Source: a virus
Taxonomy: Duplodnaviria; Caudoviricetes
IMG/VR virus record: IMGVR_UViG_3300025751_000023
Coordinates: 1 to 54,196 of that record
Direction: 5' to 3' (one strand)
DNA: 54,196 nucleotides
A program made the translations under genes and the position numbers. Below, in pieces: positions 16,576 to 26,350 of the stretch (the first letter of the stretch is position 1; each line of letters begins with the position of its first letter). The notes under the pieces are model-generated. The model was given only the letters and a program-made list of their open reading frames with translations. It was not told the origin of the DNA and did no database searches.

Positions 16576-17367
16576 TTAGTGCGTCTCATTACCTGTCATG
16601 CCGAACGGCTCAAACGCAGCATTCTCTATCTGCGTTTCGAGATCGGATGCGATGCGATCCATTCGCTTAGCGAACTCGCCCATGATCACGATGTCGGCTT
16701 GCCAGTTTAGGTTGCGGCTAACAACCATCTTGGCAGTCTGCTGCTCAACGGTCTTAAGTGCTTTCTTACAAACAGCAACAAGCTGCTGATCAGAAGGCAT
16801 AAAGTCGTCGAAGTAGTCGAATGCCGATTGTCGAGCGTTGTCCAGCGCTTCGTTACAGTAATCTTTTAGCCTGGCTGCAAGATGTGTGTACTGCGCTACT
16901 TGCGACTGCTTATCTTTAAGCGCTTGGTCGCGGAACTGCTCTAGGGTGGGTTTGAACATATAGTCCTTGGGGAATTGCTTAAGGGCATTTCTGTATGCGG
17001 CCTGCACCTCCAACTCTTCGGTCTGAGTCAATGACTCGGGCATTTCGGTCTGTCGGTCGACGAACCAATCTGCACTGATACCGTAGTAACCAGGCGCTGC
17101 TTGTAATGTATGCACATTAAGCTGCTTTTTGGCTTGGATGATGCGCTCTTCTACAGTGTTGAGCAGGTCTTGCTGCTCTGGTGATGCTTCGCCACTGGGT
17201 GACTTGGCAATGTTGTCCTCGATGGAGAACTTCACTTTGGCGTTGGCAACCAGTTGGTACAGCGCTTGGTTAACCAGTGCACGATGCACTTGACCGCCGA
17301 AGTATTGGGTTTCGCCTAAGATTTCGAAGGCGTCAACGAACTGAGTTTGGATGTCTGCTGCTTGCAT
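16576..17367 (-). CDS. Hypothetical protein (263 aa)
   Basis: Long ORF; AGGA RBS before the ATG at 17367; preceded by a palindrome site and followed by a terminator. Confidence 0.75.
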   Translation of the reverse strand: MQAADIQTQFVDAFEILGETQYFGGQVHRALVNQALYQLVANAKVKFSIEDNIAKSPSGEASPEQQDLLNTVEERIIQAKKQLNVHTLQAAPGYYGISADWFVDRQTEMPESLTQTEELEVQAAYRNALKQFPKDYMFKPTLEQFRDQALKDKQSQVAQYTHLAARLKDYCNEALDNARQSAFDYFDDFMPSDQQLVAVCKKALKTVEQQTAKMVVSRNLNWQADIVIMGEFAKRMDRIASDLETQIENAAFEPFGMTGNETH

Positions 17368-17424
17368 AGTTATTTTCCTGTCTTGAATTTTGAAGTTACT
17401 AGGTTGGGATTTAATAGGCAATAC

Positions 17425-17634
17425 CTATTTTGTGAGGTTAAGAAAAAACTCGTACTGCTCATCTAATGCCAGTTTTTTCAGGTGTGCTGGAGCATTAGGC
17501 CCAGCTTCTCTTGCTGCACGCGCTTCCAGCACCTCGTAGATTCGAGATGGGTCACGTGTGTGCATCAAGTTAGGGGGAGGATTGCTGATTATCGATTGTC
17601 GATAACGTCGTTCGAGGACTGTGTTATTAATCAT
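17425..17634 (-). CDS. Hypothetical protein
   Basis: GGAG RBS before the ATG at 17634. Confidence 0.5.
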   Translation of the reverse strand: MINNTVLERRYRQSIISNPPPNLMHTRDPSRIYEVLEARAAREAGPNAPAHLKKLALDEQYEFFLNLTK

Positions 17635-17791
17635 CAGCCAACTCCAAATTGTTAATGTGGGTGAGAACAAATCGCTCAAACATTGCATGAGTAACAGCTG
17701 TATCTGCTGTATTGGTTTGCAATAGCCATTTCTCGAATTCAAGTGCTCCTAACGTCACTTTTCCTAACGTGCTAAACAAGTTGTCGTTCAT
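17627..17791 (-). CDS. Hypothetical protein (54 aa, not in ORF track)
   Basis: ATGA coupling and AAGGAG RBS; MNDNLFSTLGKVTLGALEFEKW... Confidence 0.5.
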   Translation of the reverse strand: MNDNLFSTLGKVTLGALEFEKWLLQTNTADTAVTHAMFERFVLTHINNLELADD

Positions 17792-18030
17792 CCTGTCTCC
17801 TTTATCAGACCTATTTCTAATGCGTACTCAAGGTACAAAGAAGTAATGTCCTCCCGTTCTGTGCGTACCGCCTCGATTGAAAGATTGTCACTACCGATGC
17901 CTCGGTGCTGACCAAGCTTATTGATCACCCCGTCTACATCAGCACAGGTGAATTGTTTAGTGCCGACTGTCACATCAAAATGCTCTGTGACCTTTGGCGA
18001 TTGCCCTTTGCCGAATAACTTACGCCACAT
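17788..18030 (-). CDS. Hypothetical protein
   Basis: GGGAGG RBS before the ATG at 18030. Confidence 0.55.
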   Translation of the reverse strand: MWRKLFGKGQSPKVTEHFDVTVGTKQFTCADVDGVINKLGQHRGIGSDNLSIEAVRTEREDITSLYLEYALEIGLIKETG

Positions 18031-18388
18031 CGTAGTAATCCTCCCCACAAGGTACGGCATTGCCGTATGGGAAAAGCCCTTGGTCACACAGCTCCAAGAT
18101 CTCATCGCAAATCGGATCGCCATAGCCTTCAAGGTCGTCTTTAGACCACTCGACATACAGTGCAAACTCAGGAAATTCCTTGAGTAAGTAATGCATGGCA
18201 ACTTTGAGTGCTCTTTGCCTAGCGGCGAGGGTTTCGGAAGTTGCATAGCTACCAAACACGTTGCGTGGTGTGTAGTAGCTACTCAAATTCATGTAGTGGC
18301 ACCACACCGGGTACCACGGCTGTACATCAGCCATAGGGTCGTCAACGAGATATGGCTCGTTTTCAAAAGATAGATTTAGTTGACGCAT
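18020..18388 (-). CDS. Hypothetical protein
   Basis: GAGGAG RBS before the ATG at 18388. Confidence 0.55.
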   Translation of the reverse strand: MRQLNLSFENEPYLVDDPMADVQPWYPVWCHYMNLSSYYTPRNVFGSYATSETLAARQRALKVAMHYLLKEFPEFALYVEWSKDDLEGYGDPICDEILELCDQGLFPYGNAVPCGEDYYDVA

Positions 18389-18638
18389 AGTCGGTGTACT
18401 CCTCAGTTGGTGGGGTTTGTTCTGCCGCGTAAGTGGCGGCGTAGTTGGGGTCAAGCTCGTTACGTAACGCTTGTAACTCGGCAATCGCCGCATCGAGAGA
18501 TTCAATGCGGCATTCCATGCGGATCATTCCAAGACGTAACAATTTGGTATGCTCAAGCCAGTTGAAACGGCCTTCTTGCACTTTGTGCATGTATTCGCGT
18601 TGCCACGTCATGTTCTGGTCAATTGCTGTGAATTTCAT
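18363..18638 (-). CDS. Hypothetical protein
   Basis: GGGAG RBS and ATGA coupling. Confidence 0.55.
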   Translation of the reverse strand: MKFTAIDQNMTWQREYMHKVQEGRFNWLEHTKLLRLGMIRMECRIESLDAAIAELQALRNELDPNYAATYAAEQTPPTEEYTDYASTKSIF

Positions 18639-18814
18639 CGATACATCTCCCATGCTTCGTTGAACTGTGCAGTTATGTGTGTCTCAATTTCGTTATCATC
18701 TTGAGAAGAAAAGAGTAAAAAATCGAAAAATCCATCCTCCGGGGGTAAATTGGAGGATTGGTCTCTGTAGGATTTTTCAGAAATGCTGGAGAGGTTTGAA
18801 AATTGGCTATTCAT
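18635..18814 (-). CDS. Hypothetical protein (59 aa, not in ORF track)
   Basis: AAGGA RBS; the stop overlaps the next ATG (ATGA). Confidence 0.4.
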   Translation of the reverse strand: MNSQFSNLSSISEKSYRDQSSNLPPEDGFFDFLLFSSQDDNEIETHITAQFNEAWEMYR

Positions 18815-19249
18815 TTATTGTTCCTTTGAATTAGTTAAAAACTACGGGGCAAGTGCCGATTGACGAGTGTCGATTGGTGACACCCCCGTAGCGCTAAGTG
18901 GTTGATTTATTTACAAACAGGGTTAGAAATGAGGTGGATAAACATCCAGTGGTTTACCCCGGAGATAACCCCGGAGGGTTTGTAAGTGATTGATTTAATT
19001 AATAAATAAAAGCTAAAAAAAGCAATCCTACGGGGGTAATCACTTTTAAGAGTTTTTAAGCTCAGTGAAATTTAAAAAAACGTTTTTTTCTGGGTGAAAA
19101 AAAGTGGGTTTTTTTAAAAACCACTGGGTGAATATCCAGTGGTGCCTGTAAAGCTAAGCGTAGCGTGGGATAACGGGGTGATACTGTATAAATAACCACC
19201 GCAATAACGGCGGAGTTTACCCCGGAGTGCCGATTTACCCCCGGAGGAT
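18734..19249. other. Putative replication origin: CCCC(C)G(G/T)AG iterons in both orientations, two IHF sites, AT-rich tract
   Basis: At least 8 motif copies; 17-bp perfect inverted pair at 18734-18750 and 19233-19249; IHF consensus at 18895-18907 and 18983-18995; A/T-rich run at about 18993-19021. Confidence 0.6.
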
Positions 19250-19296
19250 CGGGGACGGCGTGAAACAGGCATTTACCTCATATTGATAATTGATAC

Positions 19297-19581
19297 TTAA
19301 GAGTTTGTACCTGGCACCATGTCAATTACCCCATCGTCAGCAAGCTCAGCAAGCGTGACACCTGACAGTTGTTCGATGTCATCGACAGTCGACATCATGT
19401 CACCCATTGCCAGGGCGACTGCACCGAGTGCGATGTCATAGCGGTTGTTCCACAAGGTGTTACCGAACGACTTAAACTTGTCAATTGTCGGTCGTGAATT
19501 GTTAAGTATCTTATTACCCATTGCTTTGATGTCCTCTTTACGTTGTTGTTGAAAAGCTTTCTTGAATTGTGACTTATCCAT
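19297..19581 (-). CDS. Hypothetical protein
   Basis: GAGGA RBS; 94 aa. Confidence 0.6.
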   Translation of the reverse strand: MDKSQFKKAFQQQRKEDIKAMGNKILNNSRPTIDKFKSFGNTLWNNRYDIALGAVALAMGDMMSTVDDIEQLSGVTLAELADDGVIDMVPGTNS

Positions 19582-19584
19582 TTG

Positions 19585-19776
19585 TTAGATCCTCTTCCAA
19601 TGATTACAGTGTTCGCAGTTGCAGATCATGCCTTGCTCCATATCTAACTTGGCGTTAAGCCTTGCTTGTAGGCGCATTGCAGTATCAAAGTCGGAATTCC
19701 TCCATGCCTTTAGTACCTGCCTTTTTAGCTTGGCGAGTTCCCACTTCGTGTGTAGTTCAGTTAGTAGCTCTTTCAT
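19585..19776 (-). CDS. Hypothetical protein, first gene of the early arm (C-terminal CxCxxC)
   Basis: GAGGA RBS; 63 aa. Confidence 0.55.
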   Translation of the reverse strand: MKELLTELHTKWELAKLKRQVLKAWRNSDFDTAMRLQARLNAKLDMEQGMICNCEHCNHWKRI

Positions 19777-20051
19777 TTGTTAATCCTCGATTGTTGATTG
19801 TTGAGTGATCGTTGTGATCGTAAATTGTTATTCCTCCTAGGTTCGACTGAGGGCATAGATGACAAGGTTCAATTGAGAAAAACGGGGAGCGGGATGGAAC
19901 AAGTACCAATTAGTAGAAAAATACATAAGCCGGAAATCCACCAAAATTTTCAAAAATTTTTTTTGAGTATTTTTTGGTAATCAATTCCTATTTCTTTTTT
20001 ACGTTTTCTGCTGTTAAAATTCGCTAATACATTTATAGGTATCGCCTATAT

Positions 20052-20327
20052 ATGAAGTTCACGAATACGACGCGATCTAACTTTCTGACCTTGGTAGCAA
20101 GGAACGGTCAGATTCTTGAAAACCTAGCTATTCTCGGTATCCACCGCTCTTCCTATTACAACAGGAGAACGCGATACCCCGCTTTCGATCACGCCGTTGA
20201 AATTGCCCACGCCATCTACGTCTTACGTAAAGCTAACGACGAGCTTGCCGACCCCATCTTCCTTCCAGCAATCGACGCTGCGCAAAGTTGTTTGGACGTG
20301 ATGGTGGACAAGGATGGCCAAAACTAA
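20052..20327 (+). CDS. Small HTH DNA-binding protein
   Basis: LAILGIHRSSYYNRR...YPAF HTH-like segment; first gene of the rightward arm. Confidence 0.55.
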   Translation: MKFTNTTRSNFLTLVARNGQILENLAILGIHRSSYYNRRTRYPAFDHAVEIAHAIYVLRKANDELADPIFLPAIDAAQSCLDVMVDKDGQN

Positions 20328-20679
20328 ATACAAGGAAAATTATTACCCGAATTGGTTGGTAAACAAACTGTGCTCCAACTGCAAGAACAGTGCGAAAGCG
20401 AAGGGATTGGAATATGCCCTTTCGCCCAGCTTCCTATTGGAGCTTTTAGAAAGGCAGAACTGGCGCTGCCCTATGACACGTGTGTATTACGAGTTCGACC
20501 GAAATAGGAATCCTGCGCAGCCGTCAGTCGACAGGATAGATAACTCAAAAGGGTATGTGCCAGACAACGTGCAGATCGTATCTCTTTTTTATAACAACGC
20601 CCGGAACATCTGGGAACACGATGAACTAGTGGAGATGGCGCAAGCCTTGGTGGAAGTGAATGCTGAACGAGCGGGTTAG
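20314..20679 (+). CDS. HNH-like endonuclease
   Basis: QNWRCPMT...PSVDRIDNSKGYVPDNVQIV...YN. Confidence 0.75.
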   Translation: MAKTKYKENYYPNWLVNKLCSNCKNSAKAKGLEYALSPSFLLELLERQNWRCPMTRVYYEFDRNRNPAQPSVDRIDNSKGYVPDNVQIVSLFYNNARNIWEHDELVEMAQALVEVNAERAG

Positions 20680-21253
20680 CGAACGCGATAAGAATCTTAT
20701 ACACGTACTTTCTGTCGCGGAAGATTTGAAAACAATCACGCCGCAAGAACAGAAGATACTGATTTTCTTCTACCGTGGTATGCACCCTCGAACAATAGCA
20801 ATCCAGACAGGTGCAGCACGTGAACGCATCGACACACTTATCAATTCAGCGCGAGGACAACGTGTATTAACAGCACTGGCGGAACGCGACACTCGTGACT
20901 TGGCAATCACCAGAGAACGATTGACCGCGATGCTTTTGGATGCCCACTCGCATTCAGCTACAGCAACAGAAGAGATATCGGCAATCCGCGAGCTAGGAAA
21001 GCTCCATGACCTTTATCTAGATAACAAGAAACAAATAGACATTAACGTCAACCAGAAGATTACGAATTACACACAGATAGAAAGAGCGACGGAAGAGCAG
21101 TTAATCGAACTGGCTGGCGAGACCATCGATCTTGACCCCGACTCTTACAAGATTGAGTACGAATATGAGGAAGAAGAAGAGGCAGACTTCGAGAAAGTTG
21201 ATGCTGACGCGGAAGAATTAGAGGAAGAGGAAGTTGCCGAAGATAACGGATGA
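20660..21253 (+). CDS. terS: Putative terminase small subunit (acidic C-terminal tail)
   Basis: Immediately upstream of TerL; HTH-like segment, then ITRERL...AIRELGKLHDLY. Confidence 0.65.
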   Translation: MLNERVSERDKNLIHVLSVAEDLKTITPQEQKILIFFYRGMHPRTIAIQTGAARERIDTLINSARGQRVLTALAERDTRDLAITRERLTAMLLDAHSHSATATEEISAIRELGKLHDLYLDNKKQIDINVNQKITNYTQIERATEEQLIELAGETIDLDPDSYKIEYEYEEEEEADFEKVDADAEELEEEEVAEDNG

Positions 21254-22985
21254 GATAGGTAAGCTCCCGTGCAAAGAGTGCGGTGATAGCTTCTTCGAGA
21301 CCTTGCTGGTTGATAAGACCTGCGCCAAGTGTCGAGAAGACCTTATCTCTGACGAAGCAAAAAAGAAGCTGCGGGAAATAGCAGCGAGCGGCGAACTCAA
21401 CCCTAAGAATCAAGTGATCAGTGATCCGAAGAAGTTCGCTAAAAAGATACTTGAGCAGGAGGCTAAAAGATCTAAAAGTTTTGTAGCACAGGATGCAGCC
21501 CAAGCAGAACTCGCAAAGCGAGAATTGGCGAGACGACGACTCCTCCCTTTTGTTAGTCGTTTTACGCCAGACTACGCCCCAGGCTGGGTGCACGTTGATG
21601 TGTGTAACCGTCTCGAAAAATTCACTGAGCAGGTTGCTCTTAGGCAATCCCCTCGCCTAATGCTCGTGATGCCCCCACGACACGGTAAGTCACAGATCAC
21701 GTCGAAGCGATACCCAGCCTGGGTGCTTGGTCAATACCCCACTTGGGAGTTTATGTCCTGTTCTTATTCAGGCGCACTGTCTATGAGCTTTTCACGTGAA
21801 GTGCGTTCGGTCATGCGTGACCCAACTTATCAGCAAATATTTAAAACTAGGCTCGATCCTGACTCGCAAAGTGTCGAGCAATGGATGACAACCGCTGGAG
21901 GTGGACTTGTTGCAGCGGGTGTCGGCGGTGCGATTACAGGTAAAGGTGCTCACATCTTAGTGATCGACGACCCTGTAAAAAACAGAGAAGACGCAGATAG
22001 CGAGACTGCGCGTAACAACACGTGGGACTGGTACACGTCTACGGCGTATACACGCCTTGCCCCTGGAGGCGGTGTACTTGTCATACAAACGAGGTGGCAC
22101 GATGACGACTTGGCGGGTCGCCTCATTACGGCAATGGATGAAGGTGGTGATGAGTTTGAAATTGTTAACTACTCAGCTATTGCCGAGGATGACGAAGAGT
22201 TTCGTCTAGTTGGTGAAGCCCTACACCCTGAACGCTACGACGTTGATGCGTTAAAGCGAATAAGGCGTGCTGTCGGTGAGCGCGATTGGAATGCTTTGTA
22301 TCAGGGCAATCCAGTCTCTGACGAGGGTGCTTACTTCCAGCGGGATTGGTTTGAGTTCTATGACCTTAATGAATTGCCGAGTGCCGATGAGCTGACTTAT
22401 TACACAGCGTGGGACTTGGCAATCGGCACTAAAGAAGAGAACGATTTTACAGTCGGAATTACCGTAGCCCTTGATCGCCAAGACAACCTTTGGGTAGTCG
22501 ACATGCAGCGAGGCAAGTGGGACGGGATGCAAATAGTAGACAAAATTATAGACACGTGGGAACAGTTCAAGAGCCAGATCACTGGCCTTGAGCGCGGTCA
22601 GATTGAACTAAGTCTCGGGCCGTTTCTCCAAAAGCAGATTTCTGAGCGGAAGGCTTGGGGTCTGTACATCGAACCTATGAAAACAGGCCGACGTGATAAG
22701 CAGGCACGGGCACGTTCGATTCAGGGCATGATGCAAGCGGGGAAAGTATTGTTCCCAGATTCAAGTCAGTGCACTTGGTCTCTTGCTATGCAGAACGAAC
22801 TTCTACGCTTTCCTGCTGGCGCGCATGACGACATCGTTGACGCGCTTGCGTGGGTTGGCCTTTTGATTCAGGACATGGCACCGAGTAAACCGCGACTGCC
22901 AGCCAAAGCACCTTCTTGGAAAGACAAACTAGATCAGTATGTCGGCAAAAGACGGCGCGGCGGCGGATCGTGGATGACCGCATAA
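21234..22985 (+). CDS. terL: Terminase large subunit
   Basis: Walker A MPPRHGKS, GGAITGKGA, Walker B LVIDDP, TRWHDDD, nuclease motifs WDLA and HDDIVDA. Confidence 0.95.
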   Translation: MPKITDEIGKLPCKECGDSFFETLLVDKTCAKCREDLISDEAKKKLREIAASGELNPKNQVISDPKKFAKKILEQEAKRSKSFVAQDAAQAELAKRELARRRLLPFVSRFTPDYAPGWVHVDVCNRLEKFTEQVALRQSPRLMLVMPPRHGKSQITSKRYPAWVLGQYPTWEFMSCSYSGALSMSFSREVRSVMRDPTYQQIFKTRLDPDSQSVEQWMTTAGGGLVAAGVGGAITGKGAHILVIDDPVKNREDADSETARNNTWDWYTSTAYTRLAPGGGVLVIQTRWHDDDLAGRLITAMDEGGDEFEIVNYSAIAEDDEEFRLVGEALHPERYDVDALKRIRRAVGERDWNALYQGNPVSDEGAYFQRDWFEFYDLNELPSADELTYYTAWDLAIGTKEENDFTVGITVALDRQDNLWVVDMQRGKWDGMQIVDKIIDTWEQFKSQITGLERGQIELSLGPFLQKQISERKAWGLYIEPMKTGRRDKQARARSIQGMMQAGKVLFPDSSQCTWSLAMQNELLRFPAGAHDDIVDALAWVGLLIQDMAPSKPRLPAKAPSWKDKLDQYVGKRRRGGGSWMTA

Positions 22986-22997
22986 CAGGGGATATAA

Positions 22998-25229
22998 ATG
23001 CACAGCGAAGGCACAGGCAAGCGCAAAAAATTAGATAAAGAGACCGAGGCAAAAGTTGCCGAAGAGCAATGGACTCGTTACGAGCGAGCGCGTGACAATG
23101 GTCATAATGACTACTTGTACATGGCAGATCGCTGCAACGATTTCTACATAGGTGAACAATGGGACCCAGCTGACGAACAAGCACTTGAGTCCCAGAAACG
23201 GCCAGCACTAACGATTAATATGATCTTGTCGACAGTGAATGCCGTCCTCGGTGAACAAACATCCCGGCGGGTTGAGTTTAAGTATAAACCCCGTTCAGGT
23301 GGGACCGAGGATACGGCAACCACGTTGACTAAGCTGGTATCCGCTATCCGAGACGCTAATCACTATGATTGGATCGAGAGCGAAGTATTCGCTGACGGGA
23401 TTATCCAGCACGGACGTGGATTCTTTGATGTCCGTGTTGAGTTCGATGACAACCTAATTGGGGATATCGTCATTAGGTCTGATGACCCGCGTGAAGTAAT
23501 ACTCGATCCAGACGCTAAAGAATACGACCCAACAACTTGGAAAGAAATCTTTGAGACTCGATGGATGAGTGTCGATGAGATCGAGCAGATCTATGGACAA
23601 GACGCTGCTGATTCGATTGTAAATATAGGCATTAACAATAATCGTCTATCCCAAGACTCAGTTGAGTACGAAAAAGAAGATACTTTTGGTGATGCTCGGG
23701 ATAACGAAGAGCACACTGCATGGCGACAGTCTGATGACGAGGAACGCACTGTACGACAAGTGCGCGTAATCGAGCGACAGCATGTACGTTACGAACCCTG
23801 CTATTCATTTGTCGATTTGCAGACAGGTGACACCAAGCGTGCACCTAACACCTGGGACATGGAGAAGATCGAGGAGTTCGCTGCTCGAACTGGCGTTGGT
23901 GTTGTTCAGAAAGTAGAAAAGAAAATACGTTGGACGACGACAGCAGACCGCGTTGTGTTACACGATGATTGGTCGCCCTACGCTACCTTTACCAAGATTC
24001 CATACTTTGCATACTTCAGGCGCGGCAAGCCGTTTGGTCTTGTAAGTAACCTTATCTCTCCGCAAGAGCAGTTGAACAAACTGTCATCTCAAGAGCTGCA
24101 CATCCTAAACACTACAGCTAACAGCGGGTGGATTGTTGAAGCAGGTGCACTAAACGGCATGAACGCCGATGACCTTCGAGACCAAGGCGCGGAAACAGGT
24201 CTTGTTATCGAAATGAATCCGGGGCGCATGGGCGGTTTGCAGAAGATCGAGCCTAACCGTCCACCGACTGGCATCGAGCGAGCGGCTGTAAAAAGCGCGC
24301 AGTTCATCAAAGAGATCAGCGGCATCAACGAAGCCATGCTCGGTATGGAAGGTGCTGAAGTATCTGGTGTGGCGCTGCAAGAAAAGACAATGCGTGGACA
24401 GGTGCAGATCGCTGTGCCATTCGACAATCTACAAAGGTCACGCTACTTCGTCGCTCGAAAATTGCTAGAGCTTATTCAGCAGTTTTATACCGAACCTCGG
24501 GTATTCAGTATTACGACAGAAGGTATGAACTTCGAGCAGAAGGATGAAGAGCTGGCTATAAATCTCCTAACTGCTACTGGAGAAGTTGTTAACGATATTA
24601 CCGTTGGTAAGTACGAAGTCACTCTTTCCACTATGCCTGCTAAAGACAGCTTCGAAGATTCGCAATTTGCAGAGGCACTGTCGCTTAGGCAGGTTGGCGT
24701 GGCAATTCCTGATGATCGCATTATCGAATACAGCCATTTGGCTAAGAAGTTCGAGCTTGCAGATGAGATTCGATCACTGACAGGCCGTGGCGAGATGACT
24801 GAAGAGCAGATGATGCAGATGCAATTCCAGCAGGAGATGCAGGCTCGCATGATGGTTGCAGAAGTTGCGAAGGCAGAAGCTGAAGTTATGAAGATGGAAG
24901 CCGAAAGCATGAAGCTCGCTGCCGAAGCATCTATGGATCAGGGCGGTATTGATAGCCCAGCGATGCAAATGCGACGTGAAGAACTTGAAGTTGAGCTTCA
25001 GAAGGCACGGGAACAGCTACAACTGCGCCGTGATCTTGCCGCACTTAGCGCTCGAAGCCGTTATGACCAGTCAGTCCTCTCTACCAAAGGCAAAATTATC
25101 CAAGATCGTGCGTCACAAGCAGAAAAACGCCGCACGGAATTGGTTAAGGGCGAGCTAAATCGCCAAATGGAGCGGGAAAAACTCGCTTACCAGTCAAATG
25201 TTCAACAAAGGAACCCCCTAAATGAGTGA
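22998..25229 (+). CDS. Portal protein (P22-like)
   Basis: FYIGEQW...RPALTINMI...V.GEQ, C-terminal coiled coil; follows TerL. Confidence 0.9.
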   Translation: MHSEGTGKRKKLDKETEAKVAEEQWTRYERARDNGHNDYLYMADRCNDFYIGEQWDPADEQALESQKRPALTINMILSTVNAVLGEQTSRRVEFKYKPRSGGTEDTATTLTKLVSAIRDANHYDWIESEVFADGIIQHGRGFFDVRVEFDDNLIGDIVIRSDDPREVILDPDAKEYDPTTWKEIFETRWMSVDEIEQIYGQDAADSIVNIGINNNRLSQDSVEYEKEDTFGDARDNEEHTAWRQSDDEERTVRQVRVIERQHVRYEPCYSFVDLQTGDTKRAPNTWDMEKIEEFAARTGVGVVQKVEKKIRWTTTADRVVLHDDWSPYATFTKIPYFAYFRRGKPFGLVSNLISPQEQLNKLSSQELHILNTTANSGWIVEAGALNGMNADDLRDQGAETGLVIEMNPGRMGGLQKIEPNRPPTGIERAAVKSAQFIKEISGINEAMLGMEGAEVSGVALQEKTMRGQVQIAVPFDNLQRSRYFVARKLLELIQQFYTEPRVFSITTEGMNFEQKDEELAINLLTATGEVVNDITVGKYEVTLSTMPAKDSFEDSQFAEALSLRQVGVAIPDDRIIEYSHLAKKFELADEIRSLTGRGEMTEEQMMQMQFQQEMQARMMVAEVAKAEAEVMKMEAESMKLAAEASMDQGGIDSPAMQMRREELEVELQKAREQLQLRRDLAALSARSRYDQSVLSTKGKIIQDRASQAEKRRTELVKGELNRQMEREKLAYQSNVQQRNPLNE

Positions 25230-26268
25230 AAACACCGCTGAAGCCATAGACCAAGAGGAAAATTATGCTGACTTTCTATTTGCAGGAAGCGACGGAAGCG
25301 CTAATGCGCAAGTTGAAGAAGTGGATAGAGGCGATTTCGTCGAGGAATCCGCTCCGACACAGGTCGAGACAACCGAATCAGCCGAATCAAAACCCGAGCC
25401 AGAGGCAGAAGTAGCAGAAACGGGCACCGAAACGCCCGAACCTGAAGAAACTACCGCTGAATCTGAGGAAACTACTGATGAAACTACTGAAGAGGCGGTG
25501 CAAGAAGCCCAATCAGAGCGTAAAGATCCTATCCAGATCCCGAAAAGCCGTCTGGATAAGGAAATTGCTCGAAAAAAGGCCTTGCAAAACCAAGTAGAAG
25601 AGCTTCAGAAGCGGATTCAGCAGCAAGAATCAGGTCAACCAGCAGAAGTAACTGAATTTTCGTTCGATCCTGGCGATGCCCCCAAGCAAATGTTCGATAA
25701 GGTGCTTGAAGGCGATCTTGATTCTGCGAATCAGTTATTTGCAACAATGCTGCAAGACGCGGTAAAAGCTGGCGTACAAACTGCCACTCAGAATATTGAT
25801 TTACGTGTGCAGGACCAAGTTAGAACAGTTAATCGTGCCCAGACTGAGCAGGAGGTTGCAGAAGAACTTGAAAATACCTACGACTTCTTCAGATCTGGAA
25901 GCGAGACCTACGACCAAGGATTGGTAGATGAGGTGTTGGCAATCAGGGATGGGTTTATTGGAAGAGGATACGAGCCAGCAGATGCCATGCGGCAGGCTGC
26001 TGACTATGTAGTACGTGTAAACAGGCCAGAAGATATGCCACAGGCGCAAGGAGCGGCAACGGCAGCGCGAGAACCTGTTGCACAAACGAGAAACCCCGAG
26101 GCTGTGGAGAAAAACATAGCAGCCGCCAATCAACAGCCGCCCACACTACCAAAATCGTCACAGGGCACTAAACCTCCCGCAAGCGTGGATATTAACGCTT
26201 TGTCGGAAGATGAGTTCGCCGCTCTCCCACAGGCGACTCTAGCCCGGTTACGTGGCGACTTTGTCTAG
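25222..26268 (+). CDS. Scaffolding protein
   Basis: Acidic N-terminus, IPKSRLD, coiled coil, C-terminal DINALSEDEFAALP; lies between portal and capsid. Confidence 0.8.
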   Translation: MSENTAEAIDQEENYADFLFAGSDGSANAQVEEVDRGDFVEESAPTQVETTESAESKPEPEAEVAETGTETPEPEETTAESEETTDETTEEAVQEAQSERKDPIQIPKSRLDKEIARKKALQNQVEELQKRIQQQESGQPAEVTEFSFDPGDAPKQMFDKVLEGDLDSANQLFATMLQDAVKAGVQTATQNIDLRVQDQVRTVNRAQTEQEVAEELENTYDFFRSGSETYDQGLVDEVLAIRDGFIGRGYEPADAMRQAADYVVRVNRPEDMPQAQGAATAAREPVAQTRNPEAVEKNIAAANQQPPTLPKSSQGTKPPASVDINALSEDEFAALPQATLARLRGDFV

Positions 26269-26296
26269 GCTGTTTTGCGTCGAGGGGGTCGGCGCA

Positions 26297-26322
26297 GGGA
26301 CTGGGGGTTCGCCCCCGGTCCC
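26297..26322 (+). terminator. Stable hairpin with TTCG loop (terminator or mRNA-stabilising)
   Basis: GGGACTGGGGG-TTCG-CCCCCGGTCCC; no clear U tract. Confidence 0.5.
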
Positions 26323-26350
26323 AACCTATTCTAACTATTGAGGTATGTAG

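Noticed and set aside
18734-19249. MITE/IS or CRISPR array
   Set aside because: No transposase or evident target-site duplication; the same motif recurs internally in both orientations at irregular spacing.
19798-19980. 60-aa plus-strand ORF in the divergence region
   Set aside because: TTG start without an RBS, running through low-complexity A/T tracts; probably spurious.
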